A DNA stretch of 63,814 nucleotides, counting the filler, from a bacterium (lineage in GTDB: Bacteria > JAMORN01), in the NCBI GenBank assembly GCA_027063545.1. It is 14 parts of 14 records of this genome, joined end to end, with 100 filler letters (N's around TTAATTAATTAA, not from the genome) between each part and the next. Parts side by side here need not be neighbours in the genome. Positions count along the whole stretch, not along the records: positions 51,610 to 54,808 come from JAMORN010000218.1; positions 54,909 to 59,337 come from JAMORN010000219.1; positions 59,438 to 63,814 come from JAMORN010000220.1; 11 more parts are not named here. One strand, written 5' to 3'. Both the position numbers and the translations under genes were made by a program. Below are positions 52,776-62,190 of this stretch, one piece after another (position 1 is the first letter of the stretch; the number at the start of each line of letters is the position of its first letter). The notes beneath the pieces were generated by a model. That model was given only the letters and a program-made list of their open reading frames with translations. It was not told the DNA's origin and made no database searches.

Positions 52776-53716
52776 TTCATTAACTCCTTTCTATCAAGTT
52801 TTTTATTTCCTCTAAGAAGAAGAGATGGATCATGTTTTAAGTCTCTGGTAAGAATCTCTAAATTTCTCAAAACTTCTTCAAGAGAAGTTATTAAAGCGAG
52901 AATTTCACTTCTTCTTTCATTAAATATATAATTACTATTTGAAATAAAAGTTGTTGAAACATTCAAAGTAGAATCTAAAGATTTTAAAACAGTATTTAAA
53001 TTTAATGTTAAACTATCAATATTATCTAAAAATTCTTTATTTGACAACTTATTACTAACTTGTTTAATATCTATTGTTATACTATTCAACTCTGTTAATA
53101 ATATTTCTAAATTTTTTATACTCATATTTAGTTTTCTTATAATATCTGGAATTTGATCATTAAAGGTTAGGGTTATATTTTTTATATTTTTCAATGTTTC
53201 TTTTATATTTGTAAGATTGGTATCATTAGTTAATTTTATCAAATTGTACAAAAACTTTGTACCACCTAAAATTATATCATCCATTTTATCAGAAACACTC
53301 GCAAAAGGAGAAGGTTTTGATTTTATCTCACTTCCCGGTGGAAGAATCTCTGCATCTTTAGAACCACCTGAAATTTCTATATATTTTAATCCAGTTATAC
53401 CTATAATATTAAGTTGAGCCACCATATCACTATAAACTTTAATATTCTTATTTATCTCCACATCCACCTTCACTGCATTAGGTTCATTTTGTAATATATT
53501 TATAGATTTAACCTTTCCTATCTCTACCCCTTGATACTTAATAAAAGCACCTGTAACAAGACCATTTACAGATTCATTGCGAAAAATAATATAATAGGAA
53601 TAAGTTTTTCTTTGAAGATTTACACCTAACACCCACATTATAGTTCCCATTAATATTATAAAACCTGCAAATACAAATATGCCAACCTTTACCCTTTCTT
53701 CTACCTTAAATTCCAT
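52772..53716 (-). CDS. mlaD: MCE/MlaD family protein
   Basis: KVGIFV TM, ESVNGL..GA.IKYQGVEIGKV, GITGLKYIEI, long helical tail and DPSLLL. Confidence 0.9.
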   Translation of the reverse strand: MEFKVEERVKVGIFVFAGFIILMGTIMWVLGVNLQRKTYSYYIIFRNESVNGLVTGAFIKYQGVEIGKVKSINILQNEPNAVKVDVEINKNIKVYSDMVAQLNIIGITGLKYIEISGGSKDAEILPPGSEIKSKPSPFASVSDKMDDIILGGTKFLYNLIKLTNDTNLTNIKETLKNIKNITLTFNDQIPDIIRKLNMSIKNLEILLTELNSITIDIKQVSNKLSNKEFLDNIDSLTLNLNTVLKSLDSTLNVSTTFISNSNYIFNERRSEILALITSLEEVLRNLEILTRDLKHDPSLLLRGNKKLDRKELMK

Positions 53717-53726
53717 ATTAAAAACC

Positions 53727-54467
53727 TCATTTTATTAATTCAAAATATCTTTTTAATTCTTCTGGGCCTTTTTCTTTTGCCTCTTTTAAAGTACCATCAA
53801 AAACATCTTTTCCTTTTTGTAAAAATAAAATTTTATCACCTATTCTTATAATAGATTCTATTTCATGGGATACTATTATAATACCTATTTTTAATGTTTC
53901 CTTTAAACTTAAAATAATATCATCTAATTCAGCCGCTGTTAATGGATCCAGTCCTGCTGTTGGTTCATCACAAAATAAAATCTCAGGTTCGTCAATAATA
54001 GCTCTTGCAATAGCCGCTCTTTTTATCATACCTCCTGATAATTCGCCAGGAAGCTTGTAAAAAGCCTTCTCTAGTTTTACTAATTTTAGTTTAGAATAAA
54101 CAATATCTTTTATTAAATCTATAGGAAAATCAGTATTTATTATTAAAGGTAAAGCTACATTTTCCCATATAGGATAAGAACTTATAAGAGCACCACTCTG
54201 AAACATAAAACCTATTCTTTTTAACATATTTTTTCTTTTTTCATAAGATGCTTCTAAAAAATTTTCTCCATTTATATATATCTCTCCTTGATATACCTTA
54301 ACCAGTCCTATTATTGCTTTAAGAAGTGTAGATTTACCTCCTCCACTTTCTCCCATTATAAATTTAATCTCATTTTTATAAAATATAGTATTAACACCTT
54401 TTAATATAGGATATGTATATCCTGCATGTAAATTTACTACTTTTACAATTTCTTTAGTTTTCTCCAT
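53727..54467 (-). CDS. mlaF: MlaF-like ABC ATPase
   Basis: GESGGGKST, FQSGAL, LSGGMIKR and DEPTAGLDP. Confidence 0.92.
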   Translation of the reverse strand: MEKTKEIVKVVNLHAGYTYPILKGVNTIFYKNEIKFIMGESGGGKSTLLKAIIGLVKVYQGEIYINGENFLEASYEKRKNMLKRIGFMFQSGALISSYPIWENVALPLIINTDFPIDLIKDIVYSKLKLVKLEKAFYKLPGELSGGMIKRAAIARAIIDEPEILFCDEPTAGLDPLTAAELDDIILSLKETLKIGIIIVSHEIESIIRIGDKILFLQKGKDVFDGTLKEAKEKGPEELKRYFELIK

Positions 54468-54469
54468 AT

Positions 54470-54808
54470 TTACCTAGCATATAGTGGTGGAATAAAAAAA
54501 TAAGCTATAGAAAAAATACTATCTAAAATAGCAATTACAAATATAGCTTTAACAACTGAAGAAGTAGTAGCTTTTCCAACTTCCTCTGCTCCACCTTTTA
54601 CTTTTATTCCTTCTATAATACTTACTAAAATTATAGCCCACCCAAAAGCAAAACTTTTACTTACATTGAAAAATATATCAAACATAAAAATATACTCAAA
54701 CATTGTATTAAAATATACCTTTGGCTCAAGATTTAATTGAAAAATCGCTATAATTGATCCACTTAATATTCCAAAAAAAGTAGCAAAAATTGTCAAAATA
54801 GGAGCAAA
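54470..54808 (-). CDS. mlaE: MlaE-like ABC permease, 5' truncated
   Basis: KSFAFG..EGIKVKGGAEEVGKATTSSVV. Confidence 0.92.
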   Translation of the reverse strand, partial: FAPILTIFATFFGILSGSIIAIFQLNLEPKVYFNTMFEYIFMFDIFFNVSKSFAFGWAIILVSIIEGIKVKGGAEEVGKATTSSVVKAIFVIAILDSIFSIAYFFIPPLYAR

Positions 54809-54910
54809 NNNNNNNNNNNNNNNNNNNNNNNNNNNNNNNNNNNNNNNNNNNNTTAATTAATTAANNNNNNNNNNNNNNNNNNNNNNNNNNNNNNNNNNNN
54901 NNNNNNNNAA

Positions 54911-56857
54911 TTTAAAACAAAAGTATTATCTATAGCTAGATCTAAAAAAAATAGCGGCGTTAAGATTGATCCTATAATTTTTAATTATGTTTCTCGAAGA
55001 AGTTTAAATCAATTTCTTAAAGATACATTAGCGTTTAAGTTTTTTATTAATGAAATAGAAAAAACATTAGATAATGGAATATTAAATGTTGCTTTTATAA
55101 AAAAGGATAATACTTATAAACAGGATTATTTGAGATTAAAAAAAGTAGAGTATACTTATACTGATTATATAGAGGTTAGAAAGGGAAGTATAAAAGAGAT
55201 ATTACCTCTTAATGCTATAATACCTTTTGATATGGCTATGGAGAAGATTTTTGAAAAGGTTAAGATGTTGTATGGAAATGATAGTGAGTTTTTACTGGCT
55301 GTAAATGAATTTTTGTCATCTTTTTTACGACCAAATTACTTTTATGATAAGCAATTAACATTAAAAAAAATTGAAGAGGAAAAGAAAAAAGTTTCACCTA
55401 TTAAAGGTAGGGTTTTAAAAGGTCTAAAAATAGTGGAAAAAGGAGAAATTATAACAAAAGATATATGGGAAAAGTTATATAGTTTAAAGGTTGCTTTAGA
55501 AAAAAGACAAAGGGAATTCAAAATAGAAAATAACTTAAGAGTTTTTATAAAAATAGTATTTGTTAATCTTGTTTTAATTTTTTTTTATTTAAGTTTGAAA
55601 TTAACAGATGAATTTAAGTTTATTTCAACAAGGAATAAAAGATTAAATACACTATTTTTCATTTTTTCTTTAGGAATATTTATTAACTTTATTTTTTTCT
55701 ACTACAAGAATAATTATTTAGATATACTTTATAATCTAAAAATATTCAAAGATACAGGCATACTCCCAGAGATATTTTTTCTTATACCGGTAGGGCTTAC
55801 ACCATTTTTAATCTCTCAATTTTTTGGAGTAAAAATAGGGGTTATATCTGCTATATATTTTTCTCTTTTGAGTGGATTGGTTGATAACTTTGATTTTTTT
55901 ATTTACACATTTACCGTTAGTATTTTTACTGTTTATACTAGTGTTAGGTTAAGATTTTTTTCCCATTATATATCTTTTTTATTATTTGTATTGATAGGAG
56001 TAAATATATTTTTAGTATTTCTAATTGAAAGTTTAAAATTTGAATTTATTCCGGCAATTATAAAAATTAATATAACCTCTTCTATTATATCATCAATTTT
56101 TACTATAGTTTTTGGAATAATAATGATTATTATTTTAGAAAGGATTTCTGGTTTAGCTACCCCTATAAGATTAATGGAACTATCTGATATGAATTTACCA
56201 TTATTGAGAGAATTATCAACCAAAGCACCGGGAACTTATCATCATAGTATTTTGGTAAGTCAATTGGCTGAGGCAGCAGCTGAAACAATAGGTGCAAATA
56301 CTTTAATTGCAAGAGTTGGGGGATTGTATCATGATATAGGAAAGCTATATAATCCTAAGTTTTTTATAGAAAATCAAACAGAAACAGATAATATTCATGA
56401 AAGATTAAAACCATATGTTTCTGCTACTATTTTACATAATCATATAAAAGAAGGGGTAGCTTTAGCGAAAAAGTATAATTTACCAGATGCAATTATAGAT
56501 ATTATAAAGGAACACCATGGAACTACTAAAGCTAGATATTTTTATAACAAAGCTATGGCTGAGTACAATGAGGCAGATTTTTCGTTGTTTATATATAAAG
56601 GTCCTAAACCTCAGACTAAAGAGAGTGCAATAGTTATGATAGCTGATTCATTGGAAGCAACAGCTAGATCCTCTAAAAATAAAAGTCCTTCAAGTATGAG
56701 AAAGATTGTTGAAACTACTATATCTAGATTAATTGAAGAGGAACAATTTGATGAAGCACCATTAACATTTGCTGAGATAAAGAAAATAAAAGAAGCATTT
56801 TATAAAAAATTGATAGGTTTTTATCATGATAGAGTAGATTATTCTGAATCTAAATAG
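54911..56857 (+). CDS. 7TM-HD (HDIG) phosphohydrolase, PgpH-like, 5' truncated
   Basis: Extracellular 7TMR-HDED-like region, multiple TMs, APGTYHHS, YHDIGK, EHHGT and MIADS. Confidence 0.93.
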   Translation, partial: FKTKVLSIARSKKNSGVKIDPIIFNYVSRRSLNQFLKDTLAFKFFINEIEKTLDNGILNVAFIKKDNTYKQDYLRLKKVEYTYTDYIEVRKGSIKEILPLNAIIPFDMAMEKIFEKVKMLYGNDSEFLLAVNEFLSSFLRPNYFYDKQLTLKKIEEEKKKVSPIKGRVLKGLKIVEKGEIITKDIWEKLYSLKVALEKRQREFKIENNLRVFIKIVFVNLVLIFFYLSLKLTDEFKFISTRNKRLNTLFFIFSLGIFINFIFFYYKNNYLDILYNLKIFKDTGILPEIFFLIPVGLTPFLISQFFGVKIGVISAIYFSLLSGLVDNFDFFIYTFTVSIFTVYTSVRLRFFSHYISFLLFVLIGVNIFLVFLIESLKFEFIPAIIKINITSSIISSIFTIVFGIIMIIILERISGLATPIRLMELSDMNLPLLRELSTKAPGTYHHSILVSQLAEAAAETIGANTLIARVGGLYHDIGKLYNPKFFIENQTETDNIHERLKPYVSATILHNHIKEGVALAKKYNLPDAIIDIIKEHHGTTKARYFYNKAMAEYNEADFSLFIYKGPKPQTKESAIVMIADSLEATARSSKNKSPSSMRKIVETTISRLIEEEQFDEAPLTFAEIKKIKEAFYKKLIGFYHDRVDYSESK

Positions 56858-56903
56858 ATAAAAAATTATTTTTTAATAAATTTTTGTAGAAAAGGAGATA
56901 AGT

Positions 56904-57548
56904 ATGGCACCACAAAAAAAATATAGAAGGAGAATTTTTTTAATAGATAAGAATCTACAATTTTATTATATAATTTCTGTGGTTGTAGCATTAATAGTTG
57001 TTGTTGTTTATATGCTTATAGTTTTTAATCTGACTATAAAGACATCTTTAACCTCAACTATAGAAATGTTGTCAACAAAAATAGAGAATATTATAGAAAA
57101 TCCAATGATTTCCAATGAAGATAAAATAGGTTCAATATCCGATAAACTTATTAATATGAAGAGTAATCCTGAAGTTTATGTGGCAGATATAATTAGTAAT
57201 ATTAATTTTACTTTATTTACAACAACATTAATTATTATAGGGTTAATTGGTTTTTTTAGTATTTATATATCTCATAAAATTGCGGGTCCTGTTTTTAAAT
57301 TGAGAAAATTTTTGAATGAAAATGTAAAAAATGGTATTTTGTATGAAAGGATTTTTTTAAGAAAACATGATCAATTAAAGAATTTAATACAAGATTTTAA
57401 TGAAGTTTTAGATATATATGAGGAAAAAATAAAAAAGATTGATATATTAGTAAATAATATATATTATAAATATCCGGAAGATGAGGATATAAAAAAATTG
57501 GTAAATGAACTAAAATTTTTTAAAAGGAGAGGACATGGCGGAGATTAA
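56904..57548 (+). CDS. Two-TM protein with a HAMP-like segment and no signalling domain
   Basis: RRRIFLID..Q, TM, short loop, TM, then ISHKIAGPVFKL..LRKHDQL..FN. Confidence 0.65.
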   Translation: MAPQKKYRRRIFLIDKNLQFYYIISVVVALIVVVVYMLIVFNLTIKTSLTSTIEMLSTKIENIIENPMISNEDKIGSISDKLINMKSNPEVYVADIISNINFTLFTTTLIIIGLIGFFSIYISHKIAGPVFKLRKFLNENVKNGILYERIFLRKHDQLKNLIQDFNEVLDIYEEKIKKIDILVNNIYYKYPEDEDIKKLVNELKFFKRRGHGGD

Positions 57549-58809
57549 AGCTTTTAGAGGTATTTATTACAATTATAAAGAATATAATCCAGCAGATTTA
57601 ATCACACCACCATATGATGTTTTAACTCCTGAAGAAGTTAAGGAGTATAAAGAAAAAAGTCCTTATAATATGGTACATTTGATAAAAAATAAAAATTATA
57701 AGGAAGTTAAGGAAAAAGTAGATTTGATGATGCAAAATAGAATATTGTTAAGGGATGATTCTCCTTCACTCTATTTATATACCCAGAAGTTTAAAATAGA
57801 AGATATAGGGGAGTTTGAAAGAATAGCTCTTATAAGTATAACTAGAGTAGCAGATTATAATGAAAAGATTATCTTACCCCATGAAAAGATTTTAGAGGGT
57901 CCTAGAAAGGATAGAATGAGACTTTTAGAAGAAACATTAATGAATTTTGGTTTTATATTCATGTTTTATGAGGATAAAAATAATATAGAGGATATTTTAA
58001 TTAATTACAAAAATAATTATGATGAAAGAGATTTCATGTTTTCATTTACATGTGATTTTGGTATAGAGAATACTCTTATAAGAATAAGTGATAAAAGTTT
58101 AATAGATAAGATAGGAAATTTAATAAAGGATGAGCGTTTTTATATTGCAGATGGCCATCATAGATATGATACTTCTTTATCTTATGCTAAGGAAAAAGGA
58201 AATATTAAGAAAGATAAACCATATAATTTTGTTTTAAGTGGTGTAGTTTCAATGAGAGATAAAGGCTTATTTGTTTTACCTATATATAGATTTGTCCATT
58301 CAATACCTAATTTTTCTTTCTCTGATTTCGTTAATATTATTAGTGAATATTTTGATATAAAAGAAGTAGTAAAAGATGAAGGGTTTAAGATTTTAAGTGA
58401 TAATAAAAATAATTATACCTATCTTATAGAAAATAAAGAGGGAAAATTTTTTATAATAACACCAAAGAGTAAACAATTAATAAAAAATAAATTACCAGAA
58501 GTATCAGAAGTACTTAAAGAACTTGACGTTATAATTCTTCATAAATTTATATTTGAAAAACTACTCAATTTAACAGAAGAACAAATCAAAAAAGGTGAAA
58601 ATATAAAATTTCTTCATTCTCAAAGAGAAATAGAAGAAACTAAAGAGGCTATAAAAGAAGAATTAAATTTTATTGTTTATTTAAACCCTGTATCTCTAGA
58701 TGATATAACAAATGTAGCTTTAAATGGGGAGTATATGCCTCAGAAGAGTACTTTATTTTATCCAAAATTATATTCAGGAATTGTTATGAATACAATTAAA
58801 GATTTTTAA
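57535..58809 (+). CDS. DUF1015 family protein
   Basis: PPYDV, ILPHE, YIADGHHRY and MPQKSTLFYPK. Confidence 0.93.
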   Translation: MAEIKAFRGIYYNYKEYNPADLITPPYDVLTPEEVKEYKEKSPYNMVHLIKNKNYKEVKEKVDLMMQNRILLRDDSPSLYLYTQKFKIEDIGEFERIALISITRVADYNEKIILPHEKILEGPRKDRMRLLEETLMNFGFIFMFYEDKNNIEDILINYKNNYDERDFMFSFTCDFGIENTLIRISDKSLIDKIGNLIKDERFYIADGHHRYDTSLSYAKEKGNIKKDKPYNFVLSGVVSMRDKGLFVLPIYRFVHSIPNFSFSDFVNIISEYFDIKEVVKDEGFKILSDNKNNYTYLIENKEGKFFIITPKSKQLIKNKLPEVSEVLKELDVIILHKFIFEKLLNLTEEQIKKGENIKFLHSQREIEETKEAIKEELNFIVYLNPVSLDDITNVALNGEYMPQKSTLFYPKLYSGIVMNTIKDF

Positions 58810-58820
58810 AAAAAATTGGT

Positions 58821-59337
58821 ATGTCTTTATATAAGGAGTTTTTTCATAAGACATATAAATTCTGCAGGGATTATAATTTATTAAATGAAAATACAAAGAT
58901 TTTAGCAGCTGTCTCAGGAGGACCTGATTCGGTCCTTCTTTTTTATTTTCTAGTAGACCTATTAAAAACTAATTTAATAAAAAGTCTAAGAGTTGTACAT
59001 TTTAATCATAATTTAAGGGAAGAGTCAAAGGATGAAGAAAAATTTGTTGAAAATTTATGCTTAGAATATGGTATAAAATATGATATTATTCAATTGGATG
59101 TTAAAAAATTTTCTAGAGAAAATAAATTGTCTATAGAAATAGCAGGTCATATCCTAAGGGATAGGTATTATAAAAAATTATTAGAGAAGTATAATTATGA
59201 TGTAGTAGCAACAGCTCATCATAAAGATGACCTTGTTGAGAGTGTATTATATTACTTATTTAAGTCAGCTGGATTAAAGGGATTAGCAGGGATTTCTCCT
59301 AAATATAAAGATTATATAATTAGACCATTTTTAACTA
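58821..59337 (+). CDS. tilS: tRNA(Ile)-lysidine synthase, 3' truncated
   Basis: AVSGGPDS, HFNHNLR, ATAHHKDD and IIRPFL. Confidence 0.95.
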
Positions 59338-59438
59338 NNNNNNNNNNNNNNNNNNNNNNNNNNNNNNNNNNNNNNNNNNNNTTAATTAATTAANNNNNNN
59401 NNNNNNNNNNNNNNNNNNNNNNNNNNNNNNNNNNNNNA

Positions 59439-60368
59439 GGGCCAGCTTTAACATGTGATGTTTCACCAACAGGTTATATGTATGTGTACACATCTCAACA
59501 ATCAACAGTTGATAACATTACACCAGATGAATATGGTGCTCCTGTTGGACTTTTTGAAGAAGCTTCTGATGCACCACATGGTTATTCTGTAGCACATTTA
59601 AAAGTAACATTATCAGGAAGTGATTATCCAGTAGCAGGTTTTGGATTCATGTTTGAACAAAATAACGATCTTACATACCCAGATGCTACAGATAACACAG
59701 AATACGGTGGAAAACAACCATATGATTATAGTGCATTAAAAGGAATAGGATTTTATGCTAAAGGAAAAGGACCTTGGTATATTCAATTAAAATCTACTGC
59801 TTATGTAGGACTTTCAGCACCTGAAAGATATGATGAGGCTGAAAAAGCACTAGTATTGGGTCCATCTTGGGAATGGATTGGATTAGGTGTATCTCAAATA
59901 CAACCAGCTAATTGGTCTGGTTCAGCTCCATCAATGGATGAAATTTTATCACAACTTGTTGGAGTACACTTTGTAGCAAAGGCTCCATCTGCAAGTGGAG
60001 AGAAATATGAAATATATGTAGATTATTTAGTGTTTGATGATAAAGGAGTACCATCAGGAACAGGAGCTGTTAAAGAAAAAGCAGTTGCTAAAGGAGTTGA
60101 ACTTGGTGATGCTACACCAAATCCATTCAACCCAATTACAAATATTACATTCTCTGTAGTACCAGGTGAAAGAGCAGCATTAAAGGTATATGATGTAAAT
60201 GGAAACTTAGTAAAAACATTATTTGATGGAATTGCTACAAAGAATGTTTATAATGTAAGATGGGATGGTACAGACGCTACAGGAGCTAAGGTTGCAAGTG
60301 GAGTATACTACTACAGATTAACACAAGGTGCTAAGACAATTACAAAATCTATGATCTTAATGAAGTAA
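59439..60368 (+). CDS. Secreted CBM11/CIA30-like domain protein with a FlgD-Ig/T9SS-like C-terminal domain, 5' truncated
   Basis: AGFGFMF..DYSALKGIGFYAKGKG..IYVDYLVF (galactose-binding-like fold), then PNPFNPITNI..VYDVNGNLVKTL..WDGTD..VASGVYYYRL. Confidence 0.75.
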   Translation, partial: GPALTCDVSPTGYMYVYTSQQSTVDNITPDEYGAPVGLFEEASDAPHGYSVAHLKVTLSGSDYPVAGFGFMFEQNNDLTYPDATDNTEYGGKQPYDYSALKGIGFYAKGKGPWYIQLKSTAYVGLSAPERYDEAEKALVLGPSWEWIGLGVSQIQPANWSGSAPSMDEILSQLVGVHFVAKAPSASGEKYEIYVDYLVFDDKGVPSGTGAVKEKAVAKGVELGDATPNPFNPITNITFSVVPGERAALKVYDVNGNLVKTLFDGIATKNVYNVRWDGTDATGAKVASGVYYYRLTQGAKTITKSMILMK

Positions 60369-60402
60369 TATCATTTAGAGTACTATTTAGCTCTTATATA
60401 AT

Positions 60403-60442
60403 AAAGCCTGCCTTCCTAAATATAGGAAGGTGGGCTTTTTTT
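60403..60442 (+). terminator. Rho-independent terminator
   Basis: AAAGCCTGCCTTCCTA-loop-TAGGAAGGTGGGCTTTTTTT. Confidence 0.9.
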
Positions 60443-60543
60443 ATTTTGAATAGAATTTTTAAAAATCTATTTTTTCTATATAAAATTCAAAAAATTATAA
60501 TTATAGAAATCATTATATATATAAAAAAAAAGGAGTAGAAAAT

Positions 60544-62178
60544 ATGAGAAGATTTGCACTTATTTCAGTTTCAGATAAGAAGGGAGTGGATGAGTTTGCA
60601 AAAAAGTTAGAAAATTTAGGTTTTACTATTCTTTCAACAGGGGGAACATATAAATTTTTAAAAGAAAAAGGAATAAATGTTTTGAATATAAGTGAATATA
60701 CTCTTTTCCCAGAGATTTTAGATGGAAGAGTAAAAACACTTCATCCAAAGGTTCATGGAGCAATTTTGGCAAGAAGAGATGATGAAAAACACTTAAAAGA
60801 GTTGGAAGAGAATAATATTGAATTTATTGATATAGTTGTGGTAAATCTTTATCCTTTTGAGGCAACTATTAAAAAGGAAGGCGTAACACTTGAGGAAGCA
60901 ATTGAGAATATTGATATTGGTGGCCCAACAATGCTAAGATCTGCTGCTAAAAACTATAAATATGTTACAGTTGTGGTTGATCCTGATGATTATGATATGG
61001 TTATAAAAGAATTAGAAAAGAATGGAGAGACAAGTTTAAAGACTAGAGAATACTTGGCTGTTAAAGTATTTACCCATACTGCTAAATATGATAGTATGAT
61101 ACAAAAATATCTTGCAAAAACCCTTCTTGATGAAGAAAGAGAATTTATCTTTTTATATAATGGTAAAAAATTGAGATATGGAGAAAACTCTCATCAAAGT
61201 GCTTTTGTTTATAAAAAAGATTCTAACACTTGTGAAGCAAATCTCCTAGATATTGAAGTATACCATGGCAAAGAACTTTCTTATAATAACTATGTAGATG
61301 CAGAGGCTGCTCTTGATGTAGTAAAAGACTACCCTGAAAAGGTAGCAGTTAGTGTAATAAAGCATACAAATCCTTGTGGTTTTGCGACAGGAGATAGTAT
61401 AAAAGAGGCTTTTGAAATGGCTTGGCAAGGTGATATTGTTTCTGCTTTTGGTTCAATAATTGCTTTTAATAGAAAACTTGATTTAGAAACTGCTAAATTA
61501 CTAAAGGGAAGATTTATAGAGGTTATACTTGCTCCTGATTATGATGAAGAGGCGTTAAAGTTTTTAAAAGAGAATACAAAGAATTTAAGAATAATTAAGG
61601 TTAAAGGTGATTTTAATGTTAAAGATTCTACACAAAAGTATTATAAGGATATTTTAGGCGGAATGCTTGTTCAGGATAGAGATTTAAAACTATTTGATAA
61701 GTTTGAATCGGTTACAGAAATAAAATTTCCAGAACATAAAATTCCTTTAGCAAAATTTACATGGATAGCAACAAAGCATACAAAATCAAATGCAATAGTT
61801 CTTGGTTTTGAATATGATAAAGGTAAATTTATGGTACTTGGAATGGGGGCAGGCCAACCTAATAGAGTTGATTCCTTAAGAAAGCTTGCAATAATAAAAG
61901 CAGAAGAAAATCTTAAAAGACTATATCAAGAAAATTTCTATAATTTTAAAGAAAAATTTAATACCCAAGAAGAATTTATTAAATGGGCTTTTTCTGAAGT
62001 AGTATTGGGTTCTGATGCCTTTTTCCCATTTCCTGATACAGTAGAAGAGGCTTCCAAATACGGAATAAAATATATAGTACAACCGGGTGGTTCTATTAGA
62101 GATAAAGAGGTAATAGAAGAAGCAAATAAACACGGTATTGCTATGGTATTTACAGGCACAAGACATTTTAAGCACTAA
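60544..62178 (+). CDS. purH: Bifunctional AICAR formyltransferase / IMP cyclohydrolase
   Basis: ALISVSDK, GRVKTLHP, IDIGGPTM, LRYGENSHQ, KHTNPCG, SDAFFPF and RHFKH. Confidence 0.99.
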   Translation: MRRFALISVSDKKGVDEFAKKLENLGFTILSTGGTYKFLKEKGINVLNISEYTLFPEILDGRVKTLHPKVHGAILARRDDEKHLKELEENNIEFIDIVVVNLYPFEATIKKEGVTLEEAIENIDIGGPTMLRSAAKNYKYVTVVVDPDDYDMVIKELEKNGETSLKTREYLAVKVFTHTAKYDSMIQKYLAKTLLDEEREFIFLYNGKKLRYGENSHQSAFVYKKDSNTCEANLLDIEVYHGKELSYNNYVDAEAALDVVKDYPEKVAVSVIKHTNPCGFATGDSIKEAFEMAWQGDIVSAFGSIIAFNRKLDLETAKLLKGRFIEVILAPDYDEEALKFLKENTKNLRIIKVKGDFNVKDSTQKYYKDILGGMLVQDRDLKLFDKFESVTEIKFPEHKIPLAKFTWIATKHTKSNAIVLGFEYDKGKFMVLGMGAGQPNRVDSLRKLAIIKAEENLKRLYQENFYNFKEKFNTQEEFIKWAFSEVVLGSDAFFPFPDTVEEASKYGIKYIVQPGGSIRDKEVIEEANKHGIAMVFTGTRHFKH

Positions 62179-62190
62179 AATTTAGTATTT

